DNA from: Moorena sp. SIOASIH
GTDB lineage: Bacteria; Cyanobacteriota; Cyanobacteriia; Cyanobacteriales; Coleofasciculaceae
Assembly: GCF_010671925.1 (NCBI RefSeq)
Contig: NZ_JAAHIH010000004.1
Span: 1,043,234 to 1,075,233 of the forward strand
Length of the DNA: 32,000 bases
Reading direction: 5' to 3'
Under the pieces are notes generated by a model. The model was not told the DNA's origin, ran no database searches, and saw only the letters and a program-made list of their open reading frames with translations. Below, one piece after another: positions 18,218 to 25,480 of this stretch (its first letter is position 1; each line of letters starts with the position of its first letter). A program made the position numbers and the translations under genes.

Positions 18218-21200
18218 CTGCAGTCGCCTCGGAGTGAGGTTAAACAAACTCGACCAAATCAAGCACCCCCACTACCTCCGTATTATGTCGAACGCCCGGA
18301 AGTAAGCCAACGACTAAAACAAATTCTTTTATCTGAAGAAACCGCTAAAGCTGGCACCTTAGTTGTTAGTGCCATCTATGGTTTAGGAGGCATTGGGAAA
18401 TCCACCATTACTGCCGCCTTAGCCCATGATCCAGAGGTTCAATCCCATTTTCACGATGGGATTTTTTGGGCAACCTTAGGTCAGCAGCCTGATATTTTAT
18501 CCTTTCTAAGTACGTGGATACAGGCATTAGGAGATTATGACTTCAAACCGATTAATATTGATAGCGCTTCTTTACAATTAAGAACGTTATTATCCGATAA
18601 AAAAGCCTTACTAGTCGTGGATGATGTTTGGCATCCTGACCATGTTGAACCCTTTCGAGTAGCCGGTGGTGGCTGTCGGGTTTTAGTGACCACCAGAGAA
18701 GCTCCGGTTAAAGGTGCGATTCGCTATGATTTAGACGTGATGACTCCAAAGCAATCCTTGGAGTTATTAACGTCTTGTTTACAGCTTTTTTCAGATGAAT
18801 CGACCTCACTCCCTTTAGCTGCAAGCCCCCTAAATCCCCCAATTCTGGGGGACTTTAACTCAAGTTACCCCCAAAGTTGGGGGGCTAGGGGGGCGAAAAT
18901 TGCTGTAAACAACGAGTTAACTAATCAAGAACTCGACTATGCTAAAACCTTAGCAAAAACTGTCGGCTACTTACCCCTAGGATTAGAATTAGCTGCTGCC
19001 CAAGTTAGGGATGGATTCTCTTGGGAAGAGTTACTGGGTGAGTTAAAAGCAGAAATTGCTGATTTAGAAGCTTTAGATCGATTGGAAGCAGAGGAAGAGC
19101 CAAGTGACGCTAAGCGCAAAAACTACAGTCTTGTCGCTTCCTTTAATCTCAGTTTAAAGCGATTATCCCCCGAGAGATTGAAAAAATTTGCTTGGTTAGG
19201 GGTACTGCCCGATGATGTCACCATTACTGAAACCATGGCGACTACGTTATGGAACTGTAATTCATTTAAAGCCAAAAAGACTTTACGATACTTACGGCAA
19301 AAAGCCTTATTACTACCTGGTGTATCTAGTACCCAAGACACTAACTATCGCCTCCATGACCTGTTACATGATTTAGCCCGTAATCTGCTGCAACCAGAGC
19401 TAGGATTATCAATTACCGAAGCTCATCGGCAATTATTAGAACGTTATCAAACTAAGACCGATAAGGGATTATGGCATACGTTACCTGATGATGGTTATAT
19501 CTATAACCACTTAACCTGGCACCTAGAGAAAGCTGAAAAGATAGATGAAATTCATCAACTCCTGAAAGAAGAAACTCCAGAAGAAGATAACGGTTGGTAT
19601 TGGCAGTGTGAGAGACAGGGAAATACTGCTAATTTTGTTAAGGACCTATCGAGAGCTTGGGCAATAGCAGCAGCCAATTTTACAGAAAATCCTACAGAAT
19701 CGATTAGTTTACAGTGTCGGTATGCTCTGATTACCACATCCCTCAACAGCTTGGCTGGAAATATTTATCCAGAGTTAATGGCAGCATTACTGGAGAACAA
19801 AATCTGGACTGCAGCTCAAGCACTAGCTTATGTGCGACAGATTAAAGATTCTAGTAGGCAAGCAGAGGGTTTGGAGGCAATTAGTGAGTATCTTCCCCTT
19901 TCTTTATTACCGGAAGCTTTAGATTGCGCCACAGGGATTTCCGATGAATACTACCGACCCTATGCCTTAAGAGCCTTAGCCCCCCACTTACCGGATCTGT
20001 TGTTACCCCAAGCCTTAGATTGCGCCACAGGGATTTCCCATGAATACTCCCGAGACTATGCCTTAGTCGCCTTAGCCCCCCACTTACCCGATGTGTTGTT
20101 ACCTAAAGCCTTGGATTGCGCCAGAGGGATTTCCGATGAAAAAGACCGAGCCTATGCCTTAGTGGCCTTAGCCCCCCACTTACCCGATGTGTTGTTACCC
20201 CAAGCCTTAGATTGCGCCAGAGGGATTAAGTCTGAATACCACCGAGCCGATGCCTTAGTCGCCTTAGCCCCCCACTTACCGGATCTGTTACCGGAAGCCT
20301 TAGATTGCGCCAGAGGGATTAAGTCTGAATACCACCGAGCCGATGCCTTAGTCGCCTTAGCCCCCCACTTACCGGATCTGTTACCGGAAGCCTTAGATTG
20401 CGCCAGAGGGATTTCCGATGAAAAAGACCGAGCCGATGCCTTAGTCGCCTTAGCCCCCTACTTACCTGATGTGTTGTTACCCCAAGCCTTAGATTGCGCC
20501 AGAGGGATTTCCCATGAATACTCCCGAGCATTAGCCTTAATCCGCTTAGCCCCCCACTTACCGGATGTGTTACCGGAAGCCTTAGATTGCGCCATAGGGA
20601 TTTCCGATGAAAAAGACCGAGCCGATGCCTTAGTCGCCTTAGCCCCCCACTTACCCGATCTGTTGTTACCCAAAGCCTTAGATTGCGCCAGAGGGATTTC
20701 CCATGAATACTCCCGAGCCAGAGTCTTAGTCGCCTTAGCCCCCCACTTACCGGATCTGTTACCGGAAGCCTTAGATTGCGCCAGAGGGATTTCCGATGAA
20801 TACTCCCGAGCAGAAGCCTTAGTCGCCTTAGCCCCCCACTTACCGGATGTGTTACCGGAAGCCTTGGATTGCGCCAGAGGGATTAAGTGTGAAGGCTTCC
20901 GAGTTTTTGCCTTAGTCGCCTTAGCCCCCCACTTACCGGATGTGTTACCAGAAGCCTTAGATTGCGCCAGAGGGATTTCCCATGAAAAAGAACGAGCCGA
21001 TGCCTTAGTCGCCTTAGCCCCCCGCTTACCCGGTGTGTTGTTACCCCAAGCCTTAGATTGCGCCAGAGGGATTTCCCATGAATACTCCCGAGCCTATGCC
21101 TTAATCCGCTTAGCCCCCCACTTACCGGATGTGTTGTTACCCAAAGCCTTAGATTGGGCCAGAGGGATTTCCCATGAATACTCCCGAGCCGATGCCTTAG

Positions 21201-22360
21201 TCGCCTTAGCCCCCCACTTACCGGATGTGTTACCGGAAGCCTTGGATTGCGCCAGAGGGATTGACCATGAATACTCCCGAGCCAGAGTCTTAGTCGCCTT
21301 AGCCCCCCACTTACCCGATCTGTTGTTACCCAAAGCCTTAGATTGCGCCAGAGGGATTGACCATGAATACTCCCGAGCAGAAGCCTTAGTCGCCTTAGCC
21401 CCCCACTTACCGGATCTGTTGTTACCCCAAGCCTTAGATTGCGCCAGAGGGATTTCCGATGAATACTCCCGAGGCCATGCCTTAGTCGCCTTAGCCCCCC
21501 GCTTACCGGATCTGTTGTTACCCAAAGCCTTAGATTGCGCCACAGGGATTTCCCCTGAAAACTACCGAGCCTATGTCTTAGTCGCCTTAGCCCCCCGCTT
21601 ACCGGATCTGTTGTTACCCCAAGCCTTAGATTGCGCCAGAGGGATTTCCCATGAATTGTTCCGAGCCCATGCCTTAGTCGCCTTAGCCCCCCACTTACCC
21701 GATCTGTTACCGGATGAAGCCTTAGATTGTGCCAGAAGGATTTGGAATGAATGCGAGCGAGCATTAGCCTTAGAAGCCTTAGCCCCCCACTTACCCGATC
21801 TGTTGTTACACCAAGCCTTAGATTGCGCCACAGGGATTTCCCCTGAAAACTACCGAGCCTATGCCTTAGTGGCCTTAGCCCCCCACTTACCGGATGTGTT
21901 GTTACCCAAAGCCTTAGATTGCGCCAGAGGGATTAAGTCTGAATCAGACCGAGCCCATGCCTTAGTGGCCTTAGCCCCCCACTTACCGGATGTGTTGTTA
22001 CCCAAAGCCTTAGATTGCGCCAGAGGGATTTCCCATAAATTATACCGAGCCGATGCCTTAGTCGCCTTAGCCCCCCACTTACCCGATCTGTTACCGGAAG
22101 CCTTAGATTGCGCCAGAGCCATTGGGGATGAATCCGAGCGAGCCGAAGTATTATTACAGGGCTTGATCAAGAGATTAACTCCTTCGTCAGTTGATTTTCC
22201 TCTTTGGCAACAAATTCTTGATGGTTTAGCTAGTCTAACCCGTCCCAATTTTCTTGAAGCTCTTCCTAAATTAGCTCCTTTAATCATTAAGTTTGGGGGT
22301 ATTGAAGCCCTAAGAGAAACGGTGGCAGCGGTTGAAGATGTTAGCCGATGGTGGAAGTAG
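18218..22360 (+). CDS. STAND NTPase: NB-ARC domain + about 24 HEAT-like 31/32-aa repeats + helical C-terminal cap. There is no canonical start codon before the P-loop, so it is probably one gene with 17711-18217 (a pseudogene or recoded gene)
   Basis: The frame is open from 18218. The motifs are P-loop GLGGIGKST (18380-18406), Walker B/kinase-2 LLVVDDVW (18608-18631), RVLVTTRE, a GLPL-like GYLPLGLELAAAQV (from 18965) and an MHD-like RLHDLLHDLA (19349-19378). The first ATG/GTG/TTG in frame is GTG 18617, which lies inside Walker B. Confidence 0.8.
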   Translation: MQSPRSEVKQTRPNQAPPLPPYYVERPEVSQRLKQILLSEETAKAGTLVVSAIYGLGGIGKSTITAALAHDPEVQSHFHDGIFWATLGQQPDILSFLSTWIQALGDYDFKPINIDSASLQLRTLLSDKKALLVVDDVWHPDHVEPFRVAGGGCRVLVTTREAPVKGAIRYDLDVMTPKQSLELLTSCLQLFSDESTSLPLAASPLNPPILGDFNSSYPQSWGARGAKIAVNNELTNQELDYAKTLAKTVGYLPLGLELAAAQVRDGFSWEELLGELKAEIADLEALDRLEAEEEPSDAKRKNYSLVASFNLSLKRLSPERLKKFAWLGVLPDDVTITETMATTLWNCNSFKAKKTLRYLRQKALLLPGVSSTQDTNYRLHDLLHDLARNLLQPELGLSITEAHRQLLERYQTKTDKGLWHTLPDDGYIYNHLTWHLEKAEKIDEIHQLLKEETPEEDNGWYWQCERQGNTANFVKDLSRAWAIAAANFTENPTESISLQCRYALITTSLNSLAGNIYPELMAALLENKIWTAAQALAYVRQIKDSSRQAEGLEAISEYLPLSLLPEALDCATGISDEYYRPYALRALAPHLPDLLLPQALDCATGISHEYSRDYALVALAPHLPDVLLPKALDCARGISDEKDRAYALVALAPHLPDVLLPQALDCARGIKSEYHRADALVALAPHLPDLLPEALDCARGIKSEYHRADALVALAPHLPDLLPEALDCARGISDEKDRADALVALAPYLPDVLLPQALDCARGISHEYSRALALIRLAPHLPDVLPEALDCAIGISDEKDRADALVALAPHLPDLLLPKALDCARGISHEYSRARVLVALAPHLPDLLPEALDCARGISDEYSRAEALVALAPHLPDVLPEALDCARGIKCEGFRVFALVALAPHLPDVLPEALDCARGISHEKERADALVALAPRLPGVLLPQALDCARGISHEYSRAYALIRLAPHLPDVLLPKALDWARGISHEYSRADALVALAPHLPDVLPEALDCARGIDHEYSRARVLVALAPHLPDLLLPKALDCARGIDHEYSRAEALVALAPHLPDLLLPQALDCARGISDEYSRGHALVALAPRLPDLLLPKALDCATGISPENYRAYVLVALAPRLPDLLLPQALDCARGISHELFRAHALVALAPHLPDLLPDEALDCARRIWNECERALALEALAPHLPDLLLHQALDCATGISPENYRAYALVALAPHLPDVLLPKALDCARGIKSESDRAHALVALAPHLPDVLLPKALDCARGISHKLYRADALVALAPHLPDLLPEALDCARAIGDESERAEVLLQGLIKRLTPSSVDFPLWQQILDGLASLTRPNFLEALPKLAPLIIKFGGIEALRETVAAVEDVSRWWK
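18824..18895. repeat. 72-bp G/C-hairpin small repeat inserted in frame within the NB-ARC domain
   Basis: CCCCCTAAATCCCCCAATTCTGGGGGAC...CCCCCAAAGTTGGGGGGCTAGGGGGGCG contains the hairpins CCCCCA-ATTC-TGGGGG and CCCCCAA-AG-TTGGGGG. It encodes SPLNPPILGDFNSSYPQSWGARGA between the RNBS-B-like and GLPL-like motifs. A related CCCCCCTTAGTAAGGGGGG repeat lies intergenically at 24205-24223. Confidence 0.65.
19916..22170 (+). repeat. Coding tandem array of about 24 units of 93/96 bp (31/32 aa), consensus ALDCARGIxxExxRAxALVALAPHLPD(L/V)(L)LP(E/Q/K)
   Basis: Counted by eye from the translation. Units at 20204-20296 and 20297-20389 are 93/93 identical. The backbone is nearly invariant at DNA level, and variation clusters at a few codons. 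Confidence 0.9.
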
Positions 22361-22445
22361 GGAAAAGGGAGTAGGGAGTAGGGAGTAGGGAAGAGATAAG
22401 AGGCAATAGGCAATAGGCAATAGGCAATAGGTAAGAGATAAGAGT
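22361..22445. repeat. Composite heptamer array (GGGAGTA)x3 - GGGAAGA GATAAGA - (GGCAATA)x4 - GGTAAGA GATAAGA
   Basis: Direct reading; it starts immediately after the STAND stop codon. Confidence 0.9.
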
Positions 22446-22651
22446 TAATCAAGGATAGAGGAATTATGATTAGCTTTACTGGGTGTGGCGTGAACGGGTG
22501 TTAGGATTCAGTTGATGCCTGTGCCATGGGGAAGAATTGCGCTAAGCTAATGTTAGCTTAATCATGGGCAAGTTTCGTTTTGCTAACTCACCTAGACTAT
22601 AGGTAAGCTCAATCAATAATAATCAACACTCTCATCAAAACAATACTATCC

Positions 22652-22933
22652 ATGGAAAACGTCAATCAAATTACCTTAAATTTACCCACAGATTTGCTGA
22701 AAACTACAGAAGAACTAATTCAGACAGGACTAGTAAAGAATCTTGAGGAATTAGTTGTATTAGCCTTGCATCATGAAGTTGCAAAAATTAAAGGATTACA
22801 GCCAAACAATCAACAGCTACCACAAAATAGCAATGGTGTAGATGATCCCATTTGGGGACTCGGAGAGAATCCAGTTGTGGGTGGAGTCAGTGATGCTTCT
22901 ACATCTATTGATCAGTATTTATATAACTATTAA
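22652..22933 (+). CDS. Antitoxin-like protein (ribbon-helix-helix/CopG-like), VapB-type partner of the downstream PIN toxin
   Basis: A 93-aa ORF. ITLNLPTDLLKTTEELIQTGLVKNLEELVVLALHHEV fits a beta-strand plus two helices. Its stop lies 2 nt before the PIN gene start (TAATAATG). Confidence 0.6.
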   Translation: MENVNQITLNLPTDLLKTTEELIQTGLVKNLEELVVLALHHEVAKIKGLQPNNQQLPQNSNGVDDPIWGLGENPVVGGVSDASTSIDQYLYNY

Positions 22934-22935
22934 TA

Positions 22936-23343
22936 ATGAATTGCTTGTTTTTAGACACAAGCTATGTTATAGCTTTAGAATTAGCGGATGACCAAAATCA
23001 CTCAATCACTTTAAATCATTGGCAAAGTTTAGACAGAAAGACTTTAAAGTTAGTCACAACGTCTTATGTTTTTGATGAAGTGGTAACCTTCTTAAATAGT
23101 CGTTATCTTCATAGTAAAGCTGTTGAAATAGGAAAACGTTTACTAACCAGCTCTGTAGTAGATTTGATTCAGGTTAATGAAGTTCTTTTTTTAGAAGGGT
23201 GGGAATATTTTCAGAAATATCAAGATAAATCGTATTCGTTAACAGATTGCCTATCTTTTGTGGTGATGAACAAGCTAAAAATTAATGTTGCTTTAACATT
23301 TGATCAACATTTTGTACAAGCCGGATTTATTAAGTTACCATAA
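22936..23343 (+). CDS. vapC: PIN-domain ribonuclease toxin (VapC family)
   Basis: A 135-aa ORF. It has MNCLFLDTSYVIALE (first acidic PIN residue), FDEVVTFL, and the SLTDCLSFVVM...ALTFDQHF distal acidic residues. The size and gene pairing are typical of VapBC. Confidence 0.8.
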   Translation: MNCLFLDTSYVIALELADDQNHSITLNHWQSLDRKTLKLVTTSYVFDEVVTFLNSRYLHSKAVEIGKRLLTSSVVDLIQVNEVLFLEGWEYFQKYQDKSYSLTDCLSFVVMNKLKINVALTFDQHFVQAGFIKLP

Positions 23344-23506
23344 AAGGCAATTCTTAGGGTTCGTGTAGTCTCTCCCTAAGAGAATCCCGTAGTTCCTGTA
23401 AGGTGGGCACTGTCTACTGTTATTTTTGAATAATTTAATAAAGGTAACTCTTTCCCTCTAGCTTGGTAATCTTCTACCAAAAGTTCTAACACTTCTTATA
23501 AGGAAT

Positions 23507-23538
23507 CAGCTGACGGCTGACGGCTGACGGCTGACGGC
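23507..23538. repeat. Heptamer STRR array (GCTGACG) x4, the reverse complement of the CAGCCGT family
   Basis: cagctgacggctgacggctgacggctgacggc, abutting the stop of the Uma2 gene. Confidence 0.9.
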
Positions 23539-24099
23539 TTATGTTACATCTTCATACAAAGCCTCAAGACTAGTTCTAAAATCCACAGTTTCTAGATGAA
23601 TCTCACTGCCCGGATAATAAAATTGTAATGTCCAAATTCCCTCGGAATTTCGGCGGAAGCAATCTAAGCGTTTACGGTTTTGACTAATTAAAACATATTC
23701 AACCAAGGTTTCTAATTGTTGATAGTCCGAAAATTTATCACCCCGGTCAAAGGCTTCAGTTTTGGGAGATAAAACTTCCACAATTAAGCAAGGATATTTT
23801 TTATAGTTAGTCAATTCTCGGTCTCTGGCATCGCAAGTCACGAAAACATCAGGATAATAATAACTATTGGATGCTTCGACATAAGCTTTCATATCTGCCA
23901 TATAAACCCGACAGCCAGTGCCCCTGACATGATTTCTTAACAGGGCAAATAAGTTACCGGCAATAGTAACATGGGCATCACTCGCCCCAGCCATGGCATA
24001 GACTTCTCCATCACTATACTCGTGTTTGATGGAACTATCTTCTTCGTAGGATAGATACTCTTCTTTGGAAATGTAATTGGGGCTTTTATCAGCAATCAT
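23539..24099 (-). CDS. Uma2-family endonuclease (DUF820, PD-(D/E)xK-like putative restriction endonuclease)
   Basis: A 186-aa ORF with YLSYEEDSSIKHEYSDGEVYAMAGASDAHVTIAGNLFALL, PDVFV and LIVEVLSPKTEAFDRGDKFSDYQ. This is the characteristic D...EVxS..T...D...K..Y pattern of Uma2 proteins, which are abundant in cyanobacteria. Confidence 0.85.
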   Translation of the reverse strand: MIADKSPNYISKEEYLSYEEDSSIKHEYSDGEVYAMAGASDAHVTIAGNLFALLRNHVRGTGCRVYMADMKAYVEASNSYYYPDVFVTCDARDRELTNYKKYPCLIVEVLSPKTEAFDRGDKFSDYQQLETLVEYVLISQNRKRLDCFRRNSEGIWTLQFYYPGSEIHLETVDFRTSLEALYEDVT

Positions 24100-24137
24100 G
24101 ACAGTTTCAAGATAGTGACACTATTAGTATAGAATAA

Positions 24138-24230
24138 AGGGAGTAGGGAGTAGGGAGTAGGGAACAGATAAGAGGCAAAAGGCAAGAGGAATCCCCCCTA
24201 ACCCCCCTTAGTAAGGGGGGCGGGCAAGAG
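24138..24230. repeat. Composite repeat (GGGAGTA)x3 - GGGAACA GATAAGA GGCAAAA GGCAAGA, followed by a CCCCCC/GGGGGG hairpin repeat
   Basis: The first roughly 54 bp are a near-identical, same-orientation copy of 22367-22420. Confidence 0.9.
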
Positions 24231-24576
24231 TTAAAAAATCCTGTGTACCTCATAACTGCGAGAAACGCTATAAAACTCCCCCGGTGCGCTTTAGGGGGCT
24301 TTCCCAAAACCATAGGATCACGCATTCATACTTCAATTCAGCAACGAAAAAAAATACCAATTGAAGTCTGGTGGGCAAAGTAATCTAATCTAAAGGACTC
24401 AAAACTAACCAAACTTTCTTTGCCCACCCTACAAGCTCTCATTTTTACTGTTTGACCCGGTGGGTGGAATGGGCATCTTGCCCGTTACAATTTTCGGACG
24501 GATTCTCCTAACACTGGCTACCGAGAATCCCCCGTCCCTAACGCACCCTACGCAACTTCCCACACTCCCCTCTCTT

Positions 24577-24629
24577 TCCCGATTCCCGATTCCCGATTCC
24601 CGATTCCCGATTCCCGATTCCCGATTCCC
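24577..24629. repeat. Heptamer STRR array (TTCCCGA) x7-8
   Basis: Direct reading. Confidence 0.9.
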
Positions 24630-24640
24630 TTGTTGACATC

Positions 24641-25228
24641 TCAACTAGAGCCGTTCTCTTCAAAAGAACGCACCTTAATAACCTTAGCAGGAATTCCCAC
24701 TACTGTTGCGCCAGCAGGTACATCAGATAAAACTACAGCATTAGCACCAATATTTGCCCCATTACCGATAGTAACCTTGCCAAAAATCTTAGCACCAGCA
24801 CCAACATTGACACTTTTTTCTAAAATGGGCGCATCGAAAGGACGATCTAAGTAACGATTACCCAAAGTGACCCCTTGACGCAGAATACTATCATCACCAA
24901 TGCTGCAATCCCCATGAATAACAATCCCACTTTGATGCTCAATAATTACTCGGCGACCAAGCTTTACGGTGTAAGGTAATTCAATGCCATAGGTATTACG
25001 AACTTTACGATATAATGCTCGGTATAGAATACTAAAGGGAGCCCGTAGTAACTTCGGTTCGATCTTCATTCTCCAGACTCCAAACCGCTGCACCGCCACA
25101 GCCCGAAATCCAGGCTTAGTCCAATCACAACCATGGGCCTTCCAATCTTCTTTAATTTGTTGCAAAAGTACCAAATTATCCGTTTTTGGCTCGGTAGAAT
25201 TTGCCGTTAAATCTGTTGGCATCACCAT
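24641..25228 (-). CDS. Left-handed beta-helix (hexapeptide) O-acetyltransferase, serine acetyltransferase/WcaB-like
   Basis: A 195-aa ORF with IEHQSGIVIHGDCSIGDDSILRQGVTLG ... VNVGAGAKIFGKVTIGNGANIGANAVVLSDVPAGATVVGIPAK hexapeptide repeats. It sits in a polysaccharide gene cluster. Confidence 0.8.
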   Translation of the reverse strand: MVMPTDLTANSTEPKTDNLVLLQQIKEDWKAHGCDWTKPGFRAVAVQRFGVWRMKIEPKLLRAPFSILYRALYRKVRNTYGIELPYTVKLGRRVIIEHQSGIVIHGDCSIGDDSILRQGVTLGNRYLDRPFDAPILEKSVNVGAGAKIFGKVTIGNGANIGANAVVLSDVPAGATVVGIPAKVIKVRSFEENGSS

Positions 25229-25240
25229 AATCTGTTTTTA

Positions 25241-25377
25241 GAATTAAGAATCAAGAATGAAGAATTAAGAATGAAGAATTAAGAATGAAGAATTGAGAAT
25301 TAAGAATTGAGAATTAAGAATTAAGAATGAAGAATTGAGAATGAAGAATTGAGAATGAAGAATTGAGAATGAAGATT
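25241..25377. repeat. Heptamer array (AAGAATG / AAGAATT / GAGAATT) of about 19 units
   Basis: Direct reading. Confidence 0.9.
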
Positions 25378-25440
25378 TGGGAATCGGGAAGATTCCATCA
25401 GCTTTGTGGAACAGGCTTCTAGCCTGTGGCACGCCCATAA

Positions 25441-25477
25441 GCTGAAAGCTGATAGCTGATAGCTGATAGCTAAAAGC
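25441..25477. repeat. Heptamer STRR array (GCTGATA-type) x5
   Basis: gctgaaagctgatagctgatagctgatagctaaaagc. It is preceded by the hairpin ACAGGCT-tct-AGCCTGT (25411-25427). Confidence 0.85.
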
Positions 25478-25480
25478 TAA

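Noticed and set aside
18093-18305. A 70-aa plus-strand ORF in another frame that bridges the TGA junction.
   Set aside because: The translation is Ile/Leu/Lys low complexity (ILLINIILILEKNKLILEILEK) produced by the AT-rich N/Q-coding region. It offers no motif support and does not connect to the NB-ARC frame.
20319-22452. Several long minus-strand ORFs (71-293 aa) with repetitive translations (GGLRRLRHRLGS..., SGKWGAKATKA...).
   Set aside because: They are the mirror image of the plus-strand 93/96-bp coding repeats. Stop-free antisense frames are expected in such periodic sequence. The plus strand has the NB-ARC context and a coherent helical repeat.
24107-24644. Two minus-strand ORFs (72 and 71 aa) between the Uma2 and acetyltransferase genes.
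   Set aside because: Both are built almost entirely from heptamer arrays and G/C hairpin repeats, giving translations such as GIGNRESGIGNRE and PPPLLRGVRGD. These are typical spurious ORFs across cyanobacterial repeats.
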